From contig OZ245006.1 in NCBI GenBank assembly GCA_965223545.1, positions 5,504,001 to 5,568,000 on the forward strand: a stretch of 64,000 nucleotides of DNA, written 5' to 3'. The translations under genes and the position numbers were made by a program. Within the stretch, counting starts at the first letter, position 1; each line of letters opens with the position of its first letter. This DNA is from Planctomycetota bacterium (lineage in GTDB: Bacteria; Planctomycetota; UBA1135; UBA2386). This document shows positions 19,212 to 29,100 of this stretch, piece by piece. The notes under the pieces are model-generated. The model made no database searches, was not told the DNA's origin, and was given only the letters and a program-made list of their open reading frames with translations.

Positions 19212-19263
19212 GGAGGTCCCATGTATAGTGAGAAGTAAATGGCCCATTTGCCGTGTGACTGAC

Positions 19264-20649
19264 ATGGGAGCGTGTAGGTGTTCTTGGATGGCGGCTTGGG
19301 TTCTTGGTCTCAGCTCCGCTGCGCTATCTGGCCAGGCGGTTCGGTGGGATCGAGTAACGCCGCCGACGACACCGCCTTCTCTGTACTCTCCGCTCGCCTA
19401 TGACAGTGCGCGCGGAGAAGTCGTGGTTTTTGGCCGACTTGGTTATGGTTGTAGTGGAGTTTGTGCTCCGGAGACGTGGGTCTTCAATGGAAACACCTGG
19501 CTTCGCAAGAATCCCTCCGTATCTCCGTCAAGCCGCGATCTTCATGCAATGGTCTTTGATATTGCGCGCAACCGACTGATACTGTTTGGCGGCGTGGACA
19601 GTGGCTCACGCCCACTGGGTGACACGTGGTCGTGGGATGGTAGTTCTTGGACGCGGGTTGCAACGAGCGGTCCAGCACCCAGATTTGGCGCAACAATGGC
19701 ATACGATTCTCTGCGCGAGAGGGTTGTGCTCTTCGGTGGTGAAAGCTCGGGAACAACGTACTCAGTGACGTTGCAAGACACTTGGGAATGGGATGGTACG
19801 AGGTGGCTTGCCATGCAAGCCTCGAGTCGTCCGCCCGCTCGAGTCGATTGTGCTTCGGCCTTCGATGCCGCTCGCGGCCAAACAGTGATCTTCGGCGGTA
19901 GCTCGACGGCGTCTGTAACGGCACTGATACACGATATGTGGGGCTGGGATGGGACGTCTTGGACTCAACTACGCCCGGCCTCGTTGCCTCCCGCGCGCAA
20001 CAATCCAGCGATGGTGTGGGACACGTGGCGTGAGCGGGTCGTGCTGTTTGGAGGCGGTCAGGCGACGGGGCTGATTACGGACGTGTGGGAGTGGGATGGG
20101 AGCTGGGTTCTTCGGTTGCCATCCGGAGCTGGTCCCGCTCAACCGGCTGGCGCGGCATTCGACTCGCGGCGCGGCCGCACAGTGACCTTCGGGGGTTGGT
20201 CTTCCACAGAGACGTGGGAGTACGGACCTCTCCTTCCAGCCCAGTGCGTCCGGTATGGCGCCGGTTGCCGCGGAAGCAACGGTGTCCCCGCCCTCGACTG
20301 CGGTAGTCTGCCGTGGGCCAACAGCCAGTTGACGCTTGGCTTGGGCAATGCGCCCCCGAGCACTCCGGTGATCGGTGTCTTTGGAGCATCGCGTTCTTCC
20401 TGGGGACAGCTTTCCTTGCCCGCCGCGATTGCCGGGACGGGTGGGTGTATGTTGCTGACGAGCGTCGAGCTCGCCCTGCCGGCGATGACCGATCCGACGG
20501 GAGCGGCCGGCTGGCGCGTGCGGGTGCCCAACATCGCGACGTTGGTGGGCGTGTCTTACTTCGGGCAGGGATTGGTCGCGGATGCGCTCGCGAATCCGAC
20601 GGGGATCGTCGCGTCGAACGGGCTGGTGATGACGGTGGGTCTCAAGTAG
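19264..20649 (+). CDS. Exported kelch-type beta-propeller protein with conserved C-terminal domain, lower GC
   Basis: Repeats AYDS.R..VVLFGG...DTWEWDG..W. Signal peptide LSG-Q. C-terminal YGAGC...SNGL domain. Visibly AT-richer codons. Confidence 0.88.
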   Translation: MGACRCSWMAAWVLGLSSAALSGQAVRWDRVTPPTTPPSLYSPLAYDSARGEVVVFGRLGYGCSGVCAPETWVFNGNTWLRKNPSVSPSSRDLHAMVFDIARNRLILFGGVDSGSRPLGDTWSWDGSSWTRVATSGPAPRFGATMAYDSLRERVVLFGGESSGTTYSVTLQDTWEWDGTRWLAMQASSRPPARVDCASAFDAARGQTVIFGGSSTASVTALIHDMWGWDGTSWTQLRPASLPPARNNPAMVWDTWRERVVLFGGGQATGLITDVWEWDGSWVLRLPSGAGPAQPAGAAFDSRRGRTVTFGGWSSTETWEYGPLLPAQCVRYGAGCRGSNGVPALDCGSLPWANSQLTLGLGNAPPSTPVIGVFGASRSSWGQLSLPAAIAGTGGCMLLTSVELALPAMTDPTGAAGWRVRVPNIATLVGVSYFGQGLVADALANPTGIVASNGLVMTVGLK

Positions 20650-20697
20650 GCGAGAGCGTTGTGGGCGCAAAGCCCGTCTGCGGCGCTCTGGCGCTCG

Positions 20698-20729
20698 CAT
20701 GCGCACATGCGCACATGCGCACCTGCGCA
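20698..20729. repeat. 8-bp tandem repeat between convergent genes
   Basis: CATGCGCA x3 plus CCTGCGCA. Confidence 0.8.
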
Positions 20730-20741
20730 CCGCCGCGCCGA

Positions 20742-23075
20742 CTACGGCGACAATCCCAGGCGCACCGCGTTGGACGCGAAGCCGAAGCTCGGCACCAGGA
20801 CGTAGGCGAAGTGCGCCGTCGTTCCGGCGACCGAAGGCAACGGTGGCAAGACCACCGCCGCCGCCGCGCGGCCACCTTGGTCGAGCGTGCCGTTGAAGCC
20901 GACGAACACCGGCGAGTTGGCGTAGCTGAGCGTCAGCGCCGAGAACGAATCGAGGTTGATCGGCACGTGCAGACCGTTGGGGAGGGTCGTGCCCGGTGAC
21001 GCCCCGGCCAGCGTGCCGACCACCGCGTAGCCTTCGTTGGCGTGCGCCGCGCCCGCATCGAGCGTGAGCTCGACCCGGCCGCCGATCGACGCCGGCAGGG
21101 TCGTGGTGTCCGTGGCGAGTGGCTGGGCGGGGTTGAGCAGCACGGCCGCGCTCTCGCTGACCGCGGACACCCACAAGTTGCCGTCGGCGTCGAACTTCGC
21201 CGCCCCCAGCTGGTAGTGCGGCAAGGGCGAGCTGCCGTAGCTCCACACCTTCCAACGCGTCGGGTCCCGCGGGTCGCCGTCGATCACGCACACGCCGTTG
21301 GGGAACGGCGTGACCGCGCCGAACTCGAGGCAGGCGAGGCCGATCACCCCGTCGTCGCGGACATCGAGGCCGGCGACCTGGCGCGCTGGCAGCGGCGAGT
21401 TGCGGCGGTGGAACTCCTCGAACGACGTGCCGTCGTAGCGCACCAATCCCTGGTCGGTGCCGAACCACTTGACGTCGTCCGGGCCGTTCGCCATCACGTT
21501 GATGCCGCCCAGGTCGAAGAAGTAGTTGGGGTCGGGAAGGGCGATCTTGCGCCAATCGCGGCCATCCCAGCGCCAGACGTCGAACCAGCCGGCGAGCCAG
21601 ACGTCACCGCGCGAATCGGCGAGCATCGTGGTGCCGTTGGGGGCGTAGGGGCGGATCGGCTCGACGACCCAAGTGCGCCCGTCGAAGCGATAGATCGTGC
21701 CGTACTCGGTGGCGGCGAAGAGGTTGCCGGCGGCGTCCTCGGCGAACTGATCGAACATCGTCACGCCGATCGACGGCGTGTTCTGCCAATTCCAGAAGCC
21801 GGTGAACGTCCCGCTGGGTGGATCCCACCGCGCGATGCCGTTGCCGCCCATCCAGCCGATGCCGCTGCGGTCCTCGTAGTAGGTGCCCATCGGCTCGTTG
21901 CCGGCGAACGGGTACGGCTCGGAACCGACGTTGTGGTCGCCCCAGTTGCGCCACCGCAGGCCGTCGAACTGCGTCAACCCACTCTCGCCGGCGGCGATCC
22001 ACAGGTTGCCGGACCGATCGACATCGAACTTGTCGATGAAGTAGTCGCCCTGCCCGGTGTTGTAGGAGTTGTAGTCCGCGAGCAGGCGGCCGGCGCCGTC
22101 GAAGTGGCCGAGGGCACCGATCGTGCCGATCCAGACGTCGGTGCCGCGCGGGTCCGGCGCGATGTTGAAGACCTTGTTCAAGCCCGAGGCCCAGACCGTG
22201 AAGCTGCGCCCGGCGTCGGTGGTCTTGCGAATGGTGCCGAGCCAGTCGCCGAGGAACACCGCGCCGTCGTCGTCGATGCCGATCGCGGTGGGGGTCGTCG
22301 CGATCGGATAGCGCGTGAAGCTCTGGCCGTCGTACTTCGCGAACCAGTTGCCGCCGCCGACGCCCGCCCGCAGCCAGAGGTTGCCGGCGGTGTCCTCGGC
22401 CATCGAACCGACGCGGCCGAAGCTGGCGCCGTGCAGCGTCCACGTCGTGCCGTCGAACTCGGCGATGCCGTTGAGCACCTCGTTGGCCACCCAGACGTGG
22501 TCGTCGCGGTCGACCAGGACGTGGCTGAGCGAGCCCCACGGCGGGGCCCAAGGCAGCTCGCTGCCGACTTGGAACGAGCGCCAGTCGCGGCCATCGAATT
22601 CGAAGATCGCCGCCCGCGTGCTGCCGACCGTCGTGTTGTTGAGCCAGACGTGACCAGCGGAGTCGACGTCGAGGTCGGCGATCGTGTTGTGCAGGAGGGG
22701 GGAGTTGGCGGTCGTGTAGACCTGGGCGACGCCACTGTCCCAGTGCACGAGGCCGTTGCCGGTCGCGATCCAGGCGGTGCCGTCCGGCGCCCACACGAGG
22801 TCGTTGACGAAGGCGCTCGGAAACGAGCCGTCGACGTTGTTGAACGTGGTCCACAGATCGCGGCTCGGGTCGTAGACGCCGATGCCGCCCTCGGTCCAAA
22901 AGGGCCACCGCGCCCCGACCCAGACGTGGCCGTCGTCGGCGATCCGCACGATGCGCACCTCCTCGCCCGGAATCCCGGTCGTGCTCGGCTTGACCAGCTT
23001 CCAGGCCTGGGCGGAAGCGAGGGCAGACGTCGCCACGGCGAACAGGCAGACGTGGCACAGCAGAGTCGCTTGCAT
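20742..23075 (-). CDS. Exported two-component-regulator-propeller-like beta-propeller protein with C-terminal domain
   Basis: Signal peptide ASA-Q. Repeats D..G.LW.(G/A)...G...(F/Y)DG..W. Ends FASNAVRLGLSP. Confidence 0.85.
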   Translation of the reverse strand: MQATLLCHVCLFAVATSALASAQAWKLVKPSTTGIPGEEVRIVRIADDGHVWVGARWPFWTEGGIGVYDPSRDLWTTFNNVDGSFPSAFVNDLVWAPDGTAWIATGNGLVHWDSGVAQVYTTANSPLLHNTIADLDVDSAGHVWLNNTTVGSTRAAIFEFDGRDWRSFQVGSELPWAPPWGSLSHVLVDRDDHVWVANEVLNGIAEFDGTTWTLHGASFGRVGSMAEDTAGNLWLRAGVGGGNWFAKYDGQSFTRYPIATTPTAIGIDDDGAVFLGDWLGTIRKTTDAGRSFTVWASGLNKVFNIAPDPRGTDVWIGTIGALGHFDGAGRLLADYNSYNTGQGDYFIDKFDVDRSGNLWIAAGESGLTQFDGLRWRNWGDHNVGSEPYPFAGNEPMGTYYEDRSGIGWMGGNGIARWDPPSGTFTGFWNWQNTPSIGVTMFDQFAEDAAGNLFAATEYGTIYRFDGRTWVVEPIRPYAPNGTTMLADSRGDVWLAGWFDVWRWDGRDWRKIALPDPNYFFDLGGINVMANGPDDVKWFGTDQGLVRYDGTSFEEFHRRNSPLPARQVAGLDVRDDGVIGLACLEFGAVTPFPNGVCVIDGDPRDPTRWKVWSYGSSPLPHYQLGAAKFDADGNLWVSAVSESAAVLLNPAQPLATDTTTLPASIGGRVELTLDAGAAHANEGYAVVGTLAGASPGTTLPNGLHVPINLDSFSALTLSYANSPVFVGFNGTLDQGGRAAAAVVLPPLPSVAGTTAHFAYVLVPSFGFASNAVRLGLSP

Positions 23076-23254
23076 GGGGGCGGGGTCCTCGATTGGGGAG
23101 TCGGCGTCACGACGGATAACGCAAATCGCGGGCCGGGATTTCTCGTCCCGGCGTGTGTGCGGGAATCGGACGCGCACCCGCCAGGGCTCGGGTGTTCTGC
23201 GTCGATGACGCAAGCGTGACATGGGCGGGTGCCCCGAGAGTTGATTTCGATCCC

Positions 23255-23971
23255 GTGCTTCCCACGTCCCTCGCCGCCGCGCCCGTGCCCGGCTGGATCC
23301 ACTATCTCCCCCTGCTGACCACGGCGCTCGCGGCCGGGTTCGTCGTCGAGCTCGTGCGCCGCCGGAGCCGTCGCGCGGGCGGAACGCACCTCTCTTGGTG
23401 GGCGTTCGGCGTGTTTTGCTACGGCTTGGGCACTGCGCTCGAGAGCGCCGTCACCTTGGCCGGCAACACCGTCTGGCTCAACAAGGCGTGGTACGTCGCG
23501 GGAGCCGTGCTGGGCGGCTACCCGCTGGCCCAGGGCTCGGTGTACCTGCTAGCATCGCGGCCCACCGCGCGCGCGTTGACTTGGATCAGCCTTCCCGTCG
23601 TTCTCGTGGTCGCGACGCTGGTCTTGCTGTCGCCCGTCCACCTGGCGGCGCTCGAGCCGCACCGCCCGACCGGTGCGATCCTGCAGTGGAGCTGGGTGCG
23701 GGCGTGCACCCCCCTGGTCAACGGGTATGCCGCCGTGTTCCTGATCGGGGGCGCGATCTACAGCGCGGTGCGCGACGCGCGCACGGGGCGCCGCGGCCGC
23801 ACCGCGGGCAACATCTGGATCGCGGTCGGTGCGTTGTTGCCGGGAATCGGCGGCGGCATGGCCAAAGCGGGCGTGGTCGAGGCGTTGTACGTCGGTGAGC
23901 TGGTCGGCTTGGTCTTCATCTGGATCGGGCACAGGTTGTGTGTCGGGACCGAACGCGCCGGCGCGCGGTAG
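23255..23971 (+). CDS. Polytopic hypothetical membrane protein (~7 TM)
   Basis: Alternating hydrophobic segments. HLSWWAFG, KAWYVAGAVLGGYPLAQG. Start (GTG) uncertain. Confidence 0.75.
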   Translation: MLPTSLAAAPVPGWIHYLPLLTTALAAGFVVELVRRRSRRAGGTHLSWWAFGVFCYGLGTALESAVTLAGNTVWLNKAWYVAGAVLGGYPLAQGSVYLLASRPTARALTWISLPVVLVVATLVLLSPVHLAALEPHRPTGAILQWSWVRACTPLVNGYAAVFLIGGAIYSAVRDARTGRRGRTAGNIWIAVGALLPGIGGGMAKAGVVEALYVGELVGLVFIWIGHRLCVGTERAGAR

Positions 23972-23984
23972 ACTCGGCGCCCCA

Positions 23985-25286
23985 ATGCCCCCCCTCTCGC
24001 TGTCCCGGTGCGGCGCTGCCGTGCTCGTCCTGATCTCGGTCGCGTGCTCCGGCTCCGGAGGCGGCAGTCCGGTGGTGACCCCGGGCCAGACCGTCTCGGT
24101 GGTCGCCGAACGCTCCAGCGTCTGGGCCAACGGCATCGAGCCGGTGCAGATTGCGGTGGGCGTGCGGAATACTGCCGGGCAGCCGGTCGCCGGAGTCGCG
24201 GTGCAAGTGCGCACCACGGCGCGCGGCGTCGCGTTCGCTCCCGCCACTCCCCAGTCCACGGGCGCCGATGGTTTGGCACGCTTCGAGATGACCAGCGCCA
24301 TGCTCGGTGCGGTGGCCATCGAGGGGTTTGCCACCGCCGACCCCAGCCGCGCCGCGCGCGTCGTCGTCGACGCGGTGCGCCGCCGGATCGGAATCCTGGT
24401 GCAGGGCATTCGCTCGTCGCTGGTGCCCGGCGCTTCTCCCGCGTGGCCGGAGCTGGTCGATGCACTGGTCGGCGCGGGGTGGCAGCGGCCGGTGCGGGGC
24501 GCAGCCGAAGCGCAGGCAGAGTGGAACGACGGTCTGGACAACGACGGCGATGGCGCGGTCGACGACGGTGGACCGCTGCTGTTCGACTACAGCTACCGCG
24601 GTGGGGCGGTCGGAGTGACGCACGGCGCGTGGCTGCCCGCGGCCTACTCCTGCAGCGACACCGCCCAGGCGATCGCCACCTCGGCCTCGCTGTTGGCCGA
24701 GATGCTCGACGCGGTGGCGCGCGCCAACCCCAACACCGGCCTCGACGTCATCGGCCACAGCCAAGGTGGTTTGATCGCGCTGCAGGCGCTGAATGGCGTG
24801 CTGGCGCCGTCGCCGTCACCGGGCACGCTCGCGCTGGAAACGGTCGCCACCCTGGACGGCGCCCTCGGCGGCACCCCGCCGTTCGAGACCTGGATCACCC
24901 AGGTGTTCACCTGCTGGGGTGGCGCCGCCGCCGCCGACCTGCGCGCGTTCTGGTCCACCGCCACCGATCACACTCGCCAGGGCACCACCGCGCGCTCGCT
25001 CGCCGGCGTCGCGCACGAAGACCTCGTCCAGCTGGCCGCCGCCGCCGGCATCCGCACTCTCACCCTCGGCAGCCGCCAGGACTGCGTCTTCCGGCCGCAA
25101 GCCTGCGGGCCGCCCCTCACCGACAACAGCTCGACCCAAATCATCGACACCGCGGCCGGCGGCCTCCGCGACTTCGGCGCCGCCTGCCTCTGGCTACCGA
25201 CCATCAACACCTGCGTCCAGGACAGCCACGCCGCCGTCCTCCGCGACCCCACCGCCCAAACCGAGCTCCTCACCTTCCTGCGATAA
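23985..25286 (+). CDS. Lipoprotein with Ig-like (Big_1/invasin-type) domain and alpha/beta hydrolase domain
   Basis: Lipobox ISVAC. ANG.....I.V.V....G.PV.G..V Ig pattern. Nucleophile elbow GHSQGG, C-terminal DSH. DGLDNDGDGAVDD acidic loop. Confidence 0.78.
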   Translation: MPPLSLSRCGAAVLVLISVACSGSGGGSPVVTPGQTVSVVAERSSVWANGIEPVQIAVGVRNTAGQPVAGVAVQVRTTARGVAFAPATPQSTGADGLARFEMTSAMLGAVAIEGFATADPSRAARVVVDAVRRRIGILVQGIRSSLVPGASPAWPELVDALVGAGWQRPVRGAAEAQAEWNDGLDNDGDGAVDDGGPLLFDYSYRGGAVGVTHGAWLPAAYSCSDTAQAIATSASLLAEMLDAVARANPNTGLDVIGHSQGGLIALQALNGVLAPSPSPGTLALETVATLDGALGGTPPFETWITQVFTCWGGAAAADLRAFWSTATDHTRQGTTARSLAGVAHEDLVQLAAAAGIRTLTLGSRQDCVFRPQACGPPLTDNSSTQIIDTAAGGLRDFGAACLWLPTINTCVQDSHAAVLRDPTAQTELLTFLR

Positions 25287-25302
25287 GTACGGAGTCCGGC
25301 TC
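25286..25302. repeat. REP-like element copy
   Basis: AGTACGGAGTCCGGCTC immediately after a stop, between convergent genes, followed by a T-run. Confidence 0.6.
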
Positions 25303-25312
25303 GTTTTTCTCG

Positions 25313-25990
25313 CTACGTCCCCACCGCGCTCAGCCGCAACTCGATCTCGATCGTCGCCCGCGCGTTGCCATCCGCCGTCGTCGCGGCAGCGGGCTGCTGC
25401 TCGATGTGCACCGCGGTGCGCCCGTGCGTCTCGCAGTGGAACGAGAACCAATCGGTCTTGGCCCCGCGGCGCGGCACGGCCAACACCCCACTCGGTGATC
25501 CACTCGGGGTGAAAGGGAGGGGCGCGCCGCCCGCGGTGACCGCGACCGCGGTGGGCAACACCGCGTCCGCCCCGAGGGAGTCGTCGTAGAGCAACGCAGT
25601 GGCGAGCGCGGCGGAGGCCGTGCCGCCGGTGACCGCCGCGGTCAGTCGCGCGGCCAGCCGCGCGCTGGCTTCGACCCACCCCGCTGTGGTCCGCGGCATG
25701 TACTGGTAGGTGTGCGAGCGCGCTCCGGTTGCGTGGATGGCCGCGCGCACGGGTGCGCCGGGAGCGCCGGCCACGGCCGTCGCCGCCAGCTCCGCTTCGA
25801 GCGAGGTCCCGTGCGCCTGCACCTGCATCCAGACCGAAAGACCCGGTTCCGCGTGCGTGTGCGCCGGCTCGGCGCGGGCGTCGAGCGCGCTCACCAAGAC
25901 CCAGCCGGCGCCGATGCCACCGACGGCCGGCCGAGGCGGCACCCCGGCGGTCCCGAGCAGAAGTGCCACGATCAATCCCTGCGAGAGCAC
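25313..25990 (-). CDS. Small exported hypothetical protein
   Basis: GTG start with strong AGGAGG RBS. Hydrophobic signal-like N-terminus. Confidence 0.7.
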   Translation of the reverse strand: MLSQGLIVALLLGTAGVPPRPAVGGIGAGWVLVSALDARAEPAHTHAEPGLSVWMQVQAHGTSLEAELAATAVAGAPGAPVRAAIHATGARSHTYQYMPRTTAGWVEASARLAARLTAAVTGGTASAALATALLYDDSLGADAVLPTAVAVTAGGAPLPFTPSGSPSGVLAVPRRGAKTDWFSFHCETHGRTAVHIEQQPAAATTADGNARATIEIELRLSAVGT

Positions 25991-26124
25991 ACCTTCCTCC
26001 TTTCCCTGGTGGGCGCGGCGCCGCCGCCGCTCCAGCAGTAAAGGGGTTGGCCATCGCGATTCCGCGCCGCGGTCGCCGCGAGATTTCTTGCCACGCGCGA
26101 CTGCTTCCGTGGCATACCGCGACG

Positions 26125-29100
26125 ATGCCTGTGCGCCGAGAGGATGGCCGCGAACGCGAAAGCGCCGCCGATTCGGGCTTTCGCCGCTACGTCGAACGCG
26201 GCGATCCCGAGGCTCTCGCCCGCGTGTTCGACTCCTGCGCGCCGCGCTTGTACGCCGCTGCGCTGCGCCTCACGCGCGACCCCGCCGAGGCCGAGGACCT
26301 GGTGCAGGAGACCTTCTTGACCGCCATCGAGGCGCGGTCGGAGTTCGGCACAGGCCGGCCGCTGATGCCCTGGCTGCTCGGCATCCTCACCAATCGGGCG
26401 CGGCACGCGCGGCGCCGCGCCGCGCTGCGTCCGCCGCGCGAAGCCGGGCCCGAGCCGCCACCGCGGCCCGTGGACGAGGCGGTCTCGCGCGAGCTCCGCG
26501 CCGAGGTCGGCGACGCGATCGATGGCACTGCCGAGCCGTATCGCACCGTGTTGGTGCTGCACGTCCTCCACGGCCTGACCCCGCTCCAAGTCGCGCACGC
26601 GCTGGCGCGGCCGGCAGGCACCGTGCGCTCGCAGATCGCGCGGGGTCTGTCGATGCTGCGCGGCAAGCTGTCGGCGTCTGTGCTCACCGCGGTGCTGGCC
26701 ATGGGCGTCGATCGGGGCTTGTCGGCGGCCCGTGCGACGGTGTTGTCGGCGGCGGTCGCCAGTGGAGGGGCAACTGCCGCTCCCGCCGCGGTCGCGGCCC
26801 TTGCGATTCCCTTGACGATGGTGGTCGGTATGTCGAAGTGGTTGTTGGGTGTGGCCGTGGTCTGCGCCGCGCTGTGGTTGGCTTGGAGCATCGGCCCGCC
26901 CGTGGGCGGCACCGCGACGGAGGTGCCGCATGCCGAGCCGGCGGTGACCCTCGCCGCCGACGTGCCCGCCGGCTCCGAGGTCGTCGACCCCGCGGCGAGT
27001 GTCCGGGCGCAGATCGTTTCACCAACGTCTCCCGCCGGAGGAGTCGAGCTGACGGCCGTGCTGGTCGAGGCGGCGACCGGGCGTCCGGTGCCGGATCTCG
27101 GAGTCGCGTTCGTCGCGATGGCTGCTCGGCCGCACGCCGATCGCCTGGACGTCGCCGAGGCCGTGGCCGGCGCTGCGATCACATCCTCGGATCGCACCGG
27201 TCGCGTCGTCGTGCCGCTGCCGCCCGAGACCACGGGGTATCTGCGCCTGGCGGGCTCGGCGTGGGCGTTCGCCGGCGGACAGCCGTGGGGCTTGCCGATC
27301 GCCGGAGTGCTCGCCGACTTCGACCTCGGCGAAGTGGCCGTGGTCCCGGCCGCGCGGTTGCGAGGCGTGGTGCTGGACGAGGCCGGCGCCGGCATCGAAG
27401 GTGCGTCGGTGGTGTGCGTGCCCGCGGACCGACCCGGCCTGGCCCGGTCGAAACGCTTGGAGGTCGAGACCGATCGGCGCGGAGAGTTCGAGCTCGCCGA
27501 GCTCGGTCGTGGCGCGATGGTGTTGTGCGTCGCCGCCAGCGGCTACACCCCTGCGCAGCGCAACCTGTACGTGATCGCCGGTCAGGCGCCGCCAGCGCAG
27601 CGGCTCGTACTGCGCACCGGCCACACTCTGCGGGGCGTGGTGGTGGACGATCGCGGCATGCCGGTCGCCGGCGCCCGCGTGTTCCCGGTCCACCAGCGCC
27701 AGTTCGACCAGATGACCGTGCGCGGGCCGGTCGAGGGTTGTGCGGTGGCGACCGGAGCGGACGGCAGCTTCGCGCTCGGCGGGATGCCGCCCGACCTGGT
27801 GACGGTCGTCGTGCGTGCCGGCGGTCACCAAGACGGTCGTTTCACGCGCCTCGATCTGCACCGAATGCACCGCCTGCCGATTCCGCGCAGCGCCGAGCTG
27901 CACGGTCGGCTGTGCGACACCGCCGGCACGCCGGTCGTCGATGCGGCGCTGGTTTGGCAGAACGACGAGAGGGACTACGTCGAGGGCCGCACCGGTGCGG
28001 GAGGCCAGTTCTCGCTCGAAGTCGCGCCGGTGCGCGGCACTCTGCGACTCGGCGGTGAGTCGCTGGCACAGGTCGAGCCGGCGCGTGGCGACCGGCGCGA
28101 CCTCGGTGTCCTGCGCATTCCGGTCCGCGGCACGATCGTCGTCGAGCTTGTCGGCCCGTCGCCGGCGGTCGGCGTCGAGGTGCAGCTGAGCGAGTGGTCG
28201 GAGGCCGACGGGCCACCGGGTCGGCGCGTCGCATCAGCGTTGGCGCGCGGCGGTGGCGCGCGGTTCGACGCGGTGGCGCCGGGGGCTTATGCGGTATCGG
28301 TCGAGCACGGGCCGTGGCTGGCCGCGCCCGAACGTGTCGTGGTCCGGGCCGGCGAGACGGTGCGGGCGCGCGTCGTCGCCGCCCGCGGTGGCACCGTGCT
28401 GGCGCGGCTCCGCACTGCGGATGGGCGCCCTGCGATCGACCGAGAAGTGGTCCTGAGTGCCGACGCCGACCAGCCGTCCAAGTCGGAGCGGGTCGGGGCC
28501 GATGGCTGGGTGCGCTTCGGCCCGTTGGCCGCCGGCGGCTACGAGTTGGCGCTGTTCGAACCGGGACTGGAATGGCGCGTGTTCGGCTCGGTCGTGGCCG
28601 TCGGTGGCTCCGCGCCGGTCATTCTGCGGGAGAGCGTGTCGGTCGCGCACGGCGAGACCGTCCGCGTCGAGTGGACGTTGCCGCGTCGCGCCTCGGTAGG
28701 CGGCGTGGTGCGCGACGCGAACGGCCCGGTGGTCGGTGCCAAGTTGGTGCTGTCGCAGGCCGGCGGTGCGAACTCGCGGGGCAGCCATCGCACGACGCAC
28801 TCCGGCGCCGCCGGCCAGTTCGCGTTCGAAGACGCCGCCGAGGGCACCTATGAGCTCAGCTATTCGAGGGCGGGCGCGCCTGGTCGCAGCGGTCAGCGCA
28901 TCGAGCTGTTGCCGGGTGAAGACCGGCACGTCGACTGCGTGCTCGACGACGTGCCGGTCACCGTGCGCTGCGTCGACGCGCGCGACGGCCGCCCGGTGCC
29001 GGGTGCGCGGTTGGTGGTGCAGCACGACGACGGCCTGTCGTCGTGGCAGGCGCCGTCGCTCCGGGCGCACGACGGCGGCATGCCGGTCGAAGTCGAGATG

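Noticed and set aside
19200..20700. Integron cassette or IS explanation for the low-GC kelch gene
   Set aside because: No attC-like site, integrase, transposase or terminal inverted repeats recognised.
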